Shown piece after piece: positions 14,934 through 22,307 of a stretch of 37,832 nucleotides of DNA (within the stretch, counting starts at the first letter, position 1; every line of letters begins with the position of its first letter). The position numbers were made by a program, and so were the translations under genes. Under the pieces are notes generated by a model that was not told the origin of the DNA, did not search any database, and was given only the letters and a program-made list of their open reading frames with translations. Source of the DNA: a virus (Duplodnaviria; Caudoviricetes); IMG/VR virus record IMGVR_UViG_3300017700_000436, positions 1-37,832 of that record; one strand, given 5' to 3'.

Positions 14934-15688
14934 GCCGCATCCTCTGCCAATTCTCATGCGGTGCGGCGTCGGCCGTTGCAACCAAGCTGGCGTTGGCCCA
15001 GTACGGCGACCGCTGCGTGATCGTGAATGCCTTCCTTAAGAACGAGCATCCCGATAACCGGCGCTTTCTGACCGACTGCGAAAAGTGGTTCGGCCGCGAG
15101 GTCACGGTGCTGCGCGACGAGAAGTACGGCGCCGATGTGATAGAGGTGTTCCGGCGCACGCAGTACATCAAGGGTCGGCACGGCGCATCCTGCACTGGGC
15201 GCGTCAAGCGCGGTTTGCTGCGCACCTTTGAGCAACCCGGCGACGTGCTGGTGCTCGGCTTCACGGCTGAGGAGCAAAAGCGCTACGACGACTTTCTGGA
15301 AGAGTGGCCAGACCGTCCCATCATCGCGCCGCTGATCGAGCGCGGCCTGACTAAAACCGACTGCAAGACCATGATCGAGCGCGCCGGCATCACGCTCCCG
15401 TTCATGTACCTGCAAGGCTACGCCAACGCCAACTGCATCGGTTGCGTGAAGGGTGGCGCCGGCTACTTCCGCGCCATCCGCGAGGACTACCCGGAGGAGT
15501 TCAAGCGCGTGGCCGATGTGGAGTCGGAGATTGGCCCAGGCGCCTACATCCTGCGCCACCGCTCGGGGCCGCTCAAGGGCCAGCGCTTCCCCCTGCACGA
15601 ACTGCCGCCCGGCAAGGCCCGCCGCGATGAGTGGATGCCGGACTGCGGCGTGATCTGCGAAACCGCTGAACAGGAGTATTCGGCATGA
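14930..15688 (+). CDS. PAPS-reductase/adenine-nucleotide alpha-hydrolase-like protein with Cys cluster
   Basis: N-terminal FSCGAASAVA (PP-loop variant), EHPDN.RFL, SCT..VK, NANCIGCVKGG, C-terminal CGVIC. Confidence 0.75.
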   Translation: MSRILCQFSCGAASAVATKLALAQYGDRCVIVNAFLKNEHPDNRRFLTDCEKWFGREVTVLRDEKYGADVIEVFRRTQYIKGRHGASCTGRVKRGLLRTFEQPGDVLVLGFTAEEQKRYDDFLEEWPDRPIIAPLIERGLTKTDCKTMIERAGITLPFMYLQGYANANCIGCVKGGAGYFRAIREDYPEEFKRVADVESEIGPGAYILRHRSGPLKGQRFPLHELPPGKARRDEWMPDCGVICETAEQEYSA

Positions 15689-16035
15689 ACACGAAGCAAC
15701 AGCCGGTAGCGGCTGACCTGACTGACGACCTCTGCCTGATTCAAACGATCTTGCAGGGCTACCCGAAATCAATGGCGTCGGTCGAGGCCTTGAACGCGCT
15801 GCGCCGCGTGAACGCAGCACTTGGCAGTGCACCCGCCACCCCTGTGGAGGCAGGACAGGAAGCTGCAGCAGTGCAAGCAGTGGTGCACCCGCCTCGCGTC
15901 ACGCCTGAGATGGTCGAGTTTCAGGAGGCATGCGTCACCGAAGTGGAAAAAATTGGAATGCGGCTGACCGCGCTGCGCAACCGGCTCGCCGCTCTTTCTG
16001 GCTCCCTTGGGGATGGTGGGGGGAAGGATGCATGA
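15685..16035 (+). CDS. hypothetical protein
   Basis: 116 aa; AGGAG RBS; ATGA coupling. Confidence 0.7.
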   Translation: MNTKQQPVAADLTDDLCLIQTILQGYPKSMASVEALNALRRVNAALGSAPATPVEAGQEAAAVQAVVHPPRVTPEMVEFQEACVTEVEKIGMRLTALRNRLAALSGSLGDGGGKDA

Positions 16036-16795
16036 GTTGGCTCTTTTCGCAGGCGCTGGTGGAGGAATACTCGCCGGCCACCTTCTCGGATGGCGCACCG
16101 TCTGCGCAGTTGAACGTGATGCCTACGCCGCACAGGTTCTCGTATCGCGGCAAAACGATGGATCACTCAGACCTTTCCCGGTTTGGGCTGACGTGTGCAG
16201 TTTTGACGGAAGACCGTGGCGCGGAATTGTTGATGTCGTATCGGGCGGGTTTCCCTGTCAGGACATCAGCAGCGCCGGCAAGGGCGCCGGGCTTGACGGA
16301 GAGCGATCCGGACTTTGGGCAGAGATGGCGCGCATCGTGGGCGAAGTTCGACCGCGGCACGTCTTCGTGGAAAACAGCCCAATGCTCACTTCTCGGGGAC
16401 TTGGAGTTGTTCTCGGAGACCTGGCCACGCTCGGGTTTGATGCTCGATGGCGCGTGCTATCCGCTGCCGATGTTGGTGCACCCCATGTGCGCGAACGGAT
16501 CTGGATCGTCGCTACCGACCCCAACGCTGGTGAGTTGCGAGCATCCGGGCCGTCAGAAGATCAAAAGCCACCAGCAGGACTGCATCTCGGCGGCACTGGC
16601 GCGGCGGGACGGCTGGCGCCCTGGTGGGAAGTGGAGCCCGAGCCATGCAGCGTGGGTTATGGGGTGGCCGGCGTGGTGGACGAGCTTAGGCCATTCGGCA
16701 ATGGGCAGGTTCCGCAGGTGGCAGCGGCTGCATGGCAAATCCTTGGAGGCTGCATGACCTCCCCACCCACATCTACAGAAGGGCGGACACCATGA
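16028..16795 (+). CDS. DNA (cytosine-5) methyltransferase, large (alpha-like) polypeptide lacking motif IX
   Basis: Motif I LFAGAGG, IV GGFPCQDIS, VI FVENS, VIII HVRERIWIVA, X FGNGQVP. Confidence 0.9.
   Translation: MHELALFAGAGGGILAGHLLGWRTVCAVERDAYAAQVLVSRQNDGSLRPFPVWADVCSFDGRPWRGIVDVVSGGFPCQDISSAGKGAGLDGERSGLWAEMARIVGEVRPRHVFVENSPMLTSRGLGVVLGDLATLGFDARWRVLSAADVGAPHVRERIWIVATDPNAGELRASGPSEDQKPPAGLHLGGTGAAGRLAPWWEVEPEPCSVGYGVAGVVDELRPFGNGQVPQVAAAAWQILGGCMTSPPTSTEGRTP
16032..16757 (+). CDS. overlapping +1-frame ORF: putative beta polypeptide of the C5 methyltransferase (TRD + motif IX)
   Basis: 241-codon open frame nested in the MTase gene; ATG coupled (ATGA) to the upstream stop; LPTPT...GKWSPSHAAWVMGWPAWWT resembles motif IX. 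Confidence 0.7.
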   Translation: MSWLFSQALVEEYSPATFSDGAPSAQLNVMPTPHRFSYRGKTMDHSDLSRFGLTCAVLTEDRGAELLMSYRAGFPVRTSAAPARAPGLTESDPDFGQRWRASWAKFDRGTSSWKTAQCSLLGDLELFSETWPRSGLMLDGACYPLPMLVHPMCANGSGSSLPTPTLVSCEHPGRQKIKSHQQDCISAALARRDGWRPGGKWSPSHAAWVMGWPAWWTSLGHSAMGRFRRWQRLHGKSLEAA

Positions 16796-17019
16796 GCGCC
16801 ATCATGTCGGAAGAGGAACTGCAGCAGATCACGGGCTACAAGCGCCCGCAGGACCGCGTGGACGAACTGCACCGGCAAGGCTTCTACCGTGCCCGCCGCG
16901 CGCCGTCCGATGGGTCTGTGATCCTAGAGCGCGCCCACTACGATGCGGTATGCGCAGGAGCCAGCAAGCCAGCAAACGAACCGCGGTTGCGTCCGCGCCT
17001 GGCGAGGGCTGCCCGGTGA
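16792..17019 (+). CDS. excisionase-like protein (DUF4224-type)
   Basis: MSEEELQQITGYKRP......L...G; directly upstream of, and overlapping, the integrase gene. Confidence 0.75.
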   Translation: MSAIMSEEELQQITGYKRPQDRVDELHRQGFYRARRAPSDGSVILERAHYDAVCAGASKPANEPRLRPRLARAAR

Positions 17020-18044
17020 GGCGTGTACTGCCGCCGCGGGTCTACCTCAAGGACGGCTCCTACTGGCATGTCGCGTCCATCGGCAAGCTGCGCAAGTGGA
17101 CGAAGCTGTGCCGGGAGCGCGAGGGCCTGCCGGCGATGTACCTGGCGCTCGCCAAGCTGACAGCAGACAAGAGGCTGGATGACATGGTGCCGAAGCTGGT
17201 GGCAGACTGGCAGGCAACCGTGGGCAGCAAGCGCGAGAAGAAGACGCGCGACGACGATGCGTTCCGGTGCCGGGAGGTCTCGGAGGCGTTCGCCGAGTTC
17301 CGAGCGGAGGAAATCAGGCCGCCCGACGTGAACGGGTTCCTGGCCGACTTCAAGGAGACGCCGCGAACATTCAACGCCTACCGATCGCTGCTGCGCGAGC
17401 TGATGCGCTTCGCAGAGGAAAAGGGGTTCCGCCCTGCTGGCAGCAACCCGACTGCGGCCATCAAGCCGATGAAGACGCAGGCACGCAACCGCTACATCAC
17501 AGACAGCGAGCTACGTCGTATCAAGGTCGGCGCCATGGTTGGTAAGGACGGGCAGCGCACCCGCTCGGGACCGATGATCTGCGCACTGATCGATCTGGCC
17601 TACCTCACTGGACAGCGGATCGGCGACTTGCTCGCGCTGCAGTGGTCGGCGGTCGGCAAGGAAGGCATTCTGTTCAAGCCCAGGAAGAACGAGAAGAACA
17701 CCCGGGTTGCGGTCCTGATCGAGTGGACGCCCAGCCTGCGCGCCTTGATCGACCGCATCAGGGCCGACAAGGGGCCGGCCGTCAAAAGCATCTCGCACGT
17801 CATCGCTACCCAAAAGGGCCAGCCCTACAAGTACCACGGCGCCGGCATCGCCTGGACGCGGGCGGTGGAGCGCGCAGGCATCGAGGACGTGCATTTCCAC
17901 GACATCCGAGCCAAGGCGCTGACGGACAAGGATCGAGCCGAAGGCATGGGCGCGGCACGCACGATGGGCGGCCACTCAACGGAAAATCAGACCGCCGATT
18001 ACGTGCGCCACAAGACGGCCACGCGGACCACGGCGACCCGCTGA
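17016..18044 (+). CDS. int: tyrosine integrase
   Basis: Catalytic R (LTGQRIGD), HxxR (FHDIRAK), H (GGHS), Y (DYVR); GTG start overlaps the xis stop. Confidence 0.95.
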   Translation: MRRVLPPRVYLKDGSYWHVASIGKLRKWTKLCREREGLPAMYLALAKLTADKRLDDMVPKLVADWQATVGSKREKKTRDDDAFRCREVSEAFAEFRAEEIRPPDVNGFLADFKETPRTFNAYRSLLRELMRFAEEKGFRPAGSNPTAAIKPMKTQARNRYITDSELRRIKVGAMVGKDGQRTRSGPMICALIDLAYLTGQRIGDLLALQWSAVGKEGILFKPRKNEKNTRVAVLIEWTPSLRALIDRIRADKGPAVKSISHVIATQKGQPYKYHGAGIAWTRAVERAGIEDVHFHDIRAKALTDKDRAEGMGAARTMGGHSTENQTADYVRHKTATRTTATR

Positions 18045-18121
18045 AATCCCTCTAACTTCGTTGCCAGAGCCCTAGGCAAAGCACCCATTCAACACACTAT
18101 CCAACGTAGAGAAAAATGAGC

Positions 18122-18134
18122 CAAGCCGTTGATT
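18122..18134 (-). promoter_or_regulatory. IHF binding site
   Basis: Minus strand AATCAACGGCTTG matches the consensus WATCAANNNNTTR exactly. Confidence 0.7.
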
Positions 18135-18150
18135 TTGTTGATTTGTGGGG

Positions 18151-18199
18151 CTGCCTTCTAAGCAGGTTGTCGGGGGTTCGATCCCCTCCGGGCAGGCCA
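18151..18199 (+). mobile_element. attP core = 3' part of tRNA-Arg(TCT)
   Basis: Anticodon arm CTGC-CTTCTAA-GCAG, T-arm GGGGG-TTCGATC-CCCTC, acceptor 3' strand ending GCCA. No D-arm or 5' acceptor strand upstream; about 105 bp after int. Confidence 0.9.
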
Positions 18200-18308
18200 T
18201 TTCAGTCTCTAACCGAACGGAAAGTCTCTAACTTTCCAGGGCCAACAGCGACCTTCCCCCCGCCCCATAACTTGGCAAACATCGATTGATAGCAGCCACT
18301 GGAGATGA

Positions 18309-18626
18309 ATGATGACCGACCGAGAGCTTTTGGAGGCTGCTGCGAAGGCGGCGGGGATCGTCGGCGAGTACGGCGGCCTGCACGATCTGGAGGAGTGGTG
18401 GAACCCGCTGGCTGATGATGCAGACGCACTCCGACTTGCTGTGAAGCTGGGGCTGCATGTCGACGTGCAGAAAATGGCGGGCTGCACGGTCGTCTTTCTT
18501 GGCGGTACTTTTTTCGACGATCAGTTGGAGTGGCACGACCCCGATGCTGGAGCTGCAACCCGCCGCGCGATCGTCCGAGCTGCCGCCAAGTTAGCCTCCA
18601 GCGATAACTTGCCGAACATCGCTTGA
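18309..18626 (+). CDS. conserved-type phage hypothetical protein
   Basis: DRELLE.AAKAAG...WNPLADDADALRLAVKL...ATRRAIVRAAA motif; GGAG RBS. Confidence 0.8.
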   Translation: MMTDRELLEAAAKAAGIVGEYGGLHDLEEWWNPLADDADALRLAVKLGLHVDVQKMAGCTVVFLGGTFFDDQLEWHDPDAGAATRRAIVRAAAKLASSDNLPNIA

Positions 18627-18789
18627 TGCGCGGTAAAATGGAGGCGCCTGCTTTGGCAGGCACATCACGCAGGCAGATTGGCCGGTCGCTCCGGTAGGGT
18701 CGCCCCCTTCACAGTCTGCCTACTTGATGGCGAGGACTGGAACGAATGCCGGACTACTCCACCGTGAACCAGTCGCCGGCCACCATCAA

Positions 18790-19044
18790 CTACTTCAGCT
18801 TGCCCCCAAGGCTGTAGTCGACCGGAGCGGCCGGCTTGCCCGCCAGTGCAGCGGCCCGGCATTCAGCATACTGCCCAGCCACCTCGACCAGCTTCAGGGT
18901 CGTCGCCCCGAATGTGTCATCGCTGAGCGGCGTCAGCGGCGGGCAGCTTGCCACCACCAACGGGCTCGGCAATAGCTCCGGCAAGCGCGGCATTGATGGC
19001 CCGCACGCCGTCAGGCCCATGACGGCAATCCACGTAGCGGACAT
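18790..19044 (-). CDS. o-spanin (Rz1-like lipoprotein)
   Basis: MSATWIAVMGLTA|C lipobox, Pro-rich, CPPL...Y.EC; overlaps the 3' end of the i-spanin in another frame. Confidence 0.8.
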   Translation of the reverse strand: MSATWIAVMGLTACGPSMPRLPELLPSPLVVASCPPLTPLSDDTFGATTLKLVEVAGQYAECRAAALAGKPAAPVDYSLGGKLK

Positions 19045-19279
19045 CCTCACGAACGATGGTTTCCGTCTTGCCGCGAACGGTGGTGTTGACGACCTTGATC
19101 TTGGCGATTTCATCTGCTGCTCCTTGCTGCGCGGCTTCCCGGGTGTCGGTGATCGCCTTGTTGATCTTGGCCTGCCCTGCAATCTCGGCGTCCTGCCCCA
19201 TGCCGAATGCGACCCAGCCAGTTCCAGCCAGCGAGCCACCCCAGGCGACCAGCACGGCGATGATGAGGTAGGGGCTCAT
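18917..19279 (-). CDS. i-spanin (Rz-like)
   Basis: N-terminal TM, helical periplasmic region, Cys near the C-terminus (YVDCRH); follows the endolysin. Confidence 0.8.
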   Translation of the reverse strand: MSPYLIIAVLVAWGGSLAGTGWVAFGMGQDAEIAGQAKINKAITDTREAAQQGAADEIAKIKVVNTTVRGKTETIVREDVRYVDCRHGPDGVRAINAALAGAIAEPVGGGKLPAADAAQR

Positions 19280-19452
19280 TGCTTCGCTTTCGGCACGCAG
19301 AGCTTGCACACGGTGCGGTACACCCTGCCCATGAAAACATGCCCACAGTCTATGCACACGTTTCGTGCGCATTTACCATCCACCATATCGGCCACATAGT
19401 CGCGCGGCAGTGCTGCGGCGATCATCTCGGCGCGGGCGAGGTCGGATGTCAT
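19276..19452 (-). CDS. 58-aa zinc-ribbon protein
   Basis: Manual translation MTSDLARAEMIAAALPRDYVADMVDGKCARNVCIDCGHVFMGRVYRTVCKLCVPKAKQ; ATGA overlaps at both ends. Confidence 0.7.
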   Translation of the reverse strand: MTSDLARAEMIAAALPRDYVADMVDGKCARNVCIDCGHVFMGRVYRTVCKLCVPKAKQ

Positions 19453-20027
19453 GACAGCGCCTTGAACGCCTTCGACAGCTTGTAGTCGTATTGGTTCTTC
19501 GCGTAGGCCGGTCCGTTGTAAAACCGAGCGAACGGCGCCCAGTCGCCAGTCTCCACCGCATCCTTCAACGCCTGCCAGGTCTTCCCGCCTCGGTCCTTCT
19601 GGATGAACGACACGAAGGCGTCGAGCTGCTCGCCCTCGCTGCGGCTCATGGCGTTGATGAACTGCTGAAGAGTATCGAAGCCGGCCGCAGCGTAGTTGAA
19701 GCCCATGATCTGGAACTTGCCCCAGCTACAGGACTCGAGTGCTGCCTTGCGATCGAGGCGGACAGCTTGGGCGAGCCGGATGTGCTCACCCTCACCGCCG
19801 ACATACCCGCCCGCGTTCGGATTGCTCACGTTTGGATGGGAGGCATTGAAGCGGCCGCCCGTGCGCCCAGCGAACTGGTGGCGCTCGAACAAGATCGTGA
19901 CTTGGCCATCAGGCAGAAAACCGCCGTTGGGCGCCTCCACCTTGCACACAGCCTTCACGGCGGCGACGGGGACGGCGAGCGCGTTGGCTGCGCGCGTGAA
20001 GTCGGCCTCAGTCAGAACGGGCTTCAC
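19449..20027 (-). CDS. endolysin, N-acetylmuramidase (DUF3380 family)
   Basis: AAVKAVCKVE...GF......ILFERH.F...ALES.SWGKFQIMGFN...FARFYNGPAY..NQYD.KL. Confidence 0.92.
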   Translation of the reverse strand: MKPVLTEADFTRAANALAVPVAAVKAVCKVEAPNGGFLPDGQVTILFERHQFAGRTGGRFNASHPNVSNPNAGGYVGGEGEHIRLAQAVRLDRKAALESCSWGKFQIMGFNYAAAGFDTLQQFINAMSRSEGEQLDAFVSFIQKDRGGKTWQALKDAVETGDWAPFARFYNGPAYAKNQYDYKLSKAFKALS

Positions 20028-20254
20028 TTCTCGTCTCCGCTGACCGACACCTGTTTGACAGGGCGCAGCAGGACGATCGCCACCAGGCACGCCAGGCGGA
20101 TCAGGGACTTGTGCCCGCTATCGAGCAGCGGCAAGCCGTCGATGTTCTCGGCCAGGATCTGCAGCACGTCAGGCAAAAAAATACCCGCCGCGGCGAGTTG
20201 AATGGTGAAGGAGCGCCAGAGCTTGGTCCAGCCCTCGACAAGTTGCACTTTCAT
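20024..20254 (-). CDS. holin candidate
   Basis: 76 aa, LV.GW.KLWRS.TIQL start, two hydrophobic segments, C-terminal R.VKQ; immediately upstream of the endolysin. Confidence 0.75.
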   Translation of the reverse strand: MKVQLVEGWTKLWRSFTIQLAAAGIFLPDVLQILAENIDGLPLLDSGHKSLIRLACLVAIVLLRPVKQVSVSGDEK

Positions 20255-20604
20255 TTCCGACCTCCGGTGTCTGCGGCACGGCCGCGAAGAATTGCAAGGC
20301 TTTCCTTGATCTCGCCCGTGCTCTTTTGAAGCTCCTTGATGTCGGTCTTCAGATCGGCCAGAGCGTCCTTGGTGGATGAGCGATCGGTGATGGCCTGGGC
20401 TTCCACTTGGCGCACATTCGCCCTTGTCTCTGCCTGCTCGGTTTTGACTGCCGTGTAGGCCATAAAACCGCCAATCACTAGAACGGCGATCTGCAGAACG
20501 TGGCCCGTGTTTAGGGTTGGATCGAAGCGCACATACTTCCTTTGTGCTCCGTCGAGCTGTTGAAGGCCGCTATCGAGCGGCGCGGGTCGTGATCGGAGCG
20601 CCAT
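20251..20604 (-). CDS. single-TM coiled-coil protein (holin/antiholin-like)
   Basis: FDPTLNTGHVLQIAVLVIGGFMAY TM then a coiled coil; in the lysis cassette. Confidence 0.7.
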   Translation of the reverse strand: MALRSRPAPLDSGLQQLDGAQRKYVRFDPTLNTGHVLQIAVLVIGGFMAYTAVKTEQAETRANVRQVEAQAITDRSSTKDALADLKTDIKELQKSTGEIKESLAILRGRAADTGGRK

Positions 20605-20942
20605 CAGTCATGCCCTCCCGTGCGGTCGAATGGCTTCAACCAGTTGTCGCGAATCCAACAGGCCGCGGTATGCCGCCAGCCGGTCGATCCATTGCACAGG
20701 CGCTTGATGCGGCCCGATACCGTGAACTCGCGCGGGAGGTCGAGCAGGATCACGGTCGCGATGATGTTTCCGAGGAAGTCCAGCACCAGGCCGACGAAGA
20801 GCACGGGGTAGCCGGGCACCTTGGCTGCGGTGGTGAGCACAGCACGCTCGCGCGCATCCAGCAGCGCCATGACGGCCAAGAAGTGAATCCACAGCGCATA
20901 GAGCACCGCGAAGGCGATGGGGATGTACCAGAGCTTGTTCAT
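20604..20942 (-). CDS. membrane protein
   Basis: Two to three hydrophobic segments; PRE.TVSGR..R...W....C......FD..G.H tail. Confidence 0.75.
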   Translation of the reverse strand: MNKLWYIPIAFAVLYALWIHFLAVMALLDARERAVLTTAAKVPGYPVLFVGLVLDFLGNIIATVILLDLPREFTVSGRIKRLCNGSTGWRHTAACWIRDNWLKPFDRTGGHD

Positions 20943-21367
20943 TGGACCGCCTGTGCAAATGCGCTCTTCAGCGCGGGTGAGGCCGAAGCAATCAGCGCGT
21001 AGCGGGCAAGGACCACCGCCTTCATCTCGGCCAGGGTTTCGCAGGCGGACAAGTCCACCTTCGTGATGTCGCGCAGAGCCTGTTTCGCCGTCTCGATCAC
21101 GATGGCGGTCGGCTTGTCGTCCTTCGTGATGTAAGACGCCTGGAGCCCGTCGAGAACGCCAAGGATTGGCTGGCGCTCATGGCGGATCTGCTCGACGGCT
21201 TGCTTGAGCAACGATGCGCGTGTTGGCTGCGGCGGAAGGTCGGGAACACCTCCAGCGGCTACCCATTCAAGATAGGCCGCGCAGTCGCTGTTTGCGGGGT
21301 CCATGGGGACAATCGCCCCATCAGTGGTGCGGAGCACAGCGGCCCCTCCAGGCATGAGGCTGTACAT
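20939..21367 (-). CDS. tail fibre assembly/chaperone-like protein
   Basis: R.TDGA.VP.DPAN.D...YLEWVAAGG.P...QALRDIT; follows the fibre gene. Confidence 0.75.
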   Translation of the reverse strand: MYSLMPGGAAVLRTTDGAIVPMDPANSDCAAYLEWVAAGGVPDLPPQPTRASLLKQAVEQIRHERQPILGVLDGLQASYITKDDKPTAIVIETAKQALRDITKVDLSACETLAEMKAVVLARYALIASASPALKSAFAQAVQ

Positions 21368-22242
21368 CAGAGTTCGCAGCTCGCAGACCAGACACGCCCG
21401 AAGACATACGAGTCCGCGTTAGCACCAGCCACAACGATCTCGTACCGAAACGACTCCAACGGCCCATTGGCAGCAACGAAGACGTTTTCGCTGGACACGT
21501 TGAGGGAGGTAATAGGCCCAAGTGGCGCCAGCGTCGGGGTCGATCGCTTGGTGACCTTGTACCCGTAGGTAATGTTGTAAGTGCCGCCAGCAACGCCGCC
21601 TGAAAGCGTCCGAAAGTTCACAGGGCACAGCTCGAAGTACCGCTGGCACAAGGATCTCTCTAGGCCATCGAGTCGCCGCTCGAACGGCGTGGCGACCGTG
21701 CCAAGCTCAAACTGTGGCCGCAGGACCGTGCCGCCTGTGAAGCGAATCGTGACGTTCGCATTGGCGGTCAGCGATGCAGTGTTCCCGCCGTTGGTGATCG
21801 CTGCGCCGTTCACCGTCGCTGTGGCGGTTCCCGTCCAGCTCAGGGTGTAGACGCCGCCGATGACATTGGAGCCCTCGATGACTTGCTCAAGACCCCCGGC
21901 CGGTGCGGTCATGGTCGAGTCAGGCGCTGCCGTCGTGAACCCCAGGTTCTGCCCAGACGTGACAACGCGCCAGCGGTCCAGCGTGTACTGGTTCGCACCA
22001 CTGGTAGCAGTGCCGGTTACATAGGTGCGCTGGTTGATCGCGCCGTTGGCGTTGATCAGGAGGTTGCGGAAGCTGATGGCATTGCCGATGCCAAGCGCTG
22101 TGCGTGCATCAGCAGCAGAGCCAGTCGCGCCTAGCCGCTCGGTCACGTAGTCCCACAGCTTGCCGATGCCGGTACGAAACACCGCGTTCGATGGGTTCGG
22201 GTAGGTGTCAGCGAGTTCTGTTCTTGCGGGAGGGGTTGCCAT
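21367..22242 (-). CDS. tail fibre / receptor-binding protein
   Basis: RNLLINAN..INQR...YTLDRW...QFELGTVATPFERR...E..LCQRYF module typical of siphophage fibres. Confidence 0.8.
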   Translation of the reverse strand: MATPPARTELADTYPNPSNAVFRTGIGKLWDYVTERLGATGSAADARTALGIGNAISFRNLLINANGAINQRTYVTGTATSGANQYTLDRWRVVTSGQNLGFTTAAPDSTMTAPAGGLEQVIEGSNVIGGVYTLSWTGTATATVNGAAITNGGNTASLTANANVTIRFTGGTVLRPQFELGTVATPFERRLDGLERSLCQRYFELCPVNFRTLSGGVAGGTYNITYGYKVTKRSTPTLAPLGPITSLNVSSENVFVAANGPLESFRYEIVVAGANADSYVFGRVWSASCEL

Positions 22243-22261
22243 GGTGAGCCTTTCAGGAACG

Positions 22262-22286
22262 ACGAAAGCCCGCACGCAGCGGGCTT
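22262..22286 (-). terminator. terminator-like hairpin upstream of the fibre gene
   Basis: AAGCCCGC-TGCGT-GCGGGCTT-TCGT. Confidence 0.6.
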
Positions 22287-22307
22287 GGATGAGAAGAAGT
22301 GAGCGGA

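Larger units (their letters stand above)
18050..18234. repeat. putative integrase arm-type sites
   Basis: AGTCTCTAAC at 18204-18213 and 18223-18232; CTCTAACTT at 18050-18058 and 18226-18234, on both sides of the core. Confidence 0.65.

Noticed and set aside
18151-18199. Functional tRNA-Arg gene
   Set aside because: Only the anticodon arm to CCA is present; the upstream sequence cannot form a D-arm or the 5' acceptor strand. Interpreted as the attP core.
21367-22242. Diversity-generating retroelement or invertible tail-fibre cassette
   Set aside because: No reverse transcriptase, invertase or duplicated template region was seen in the window.
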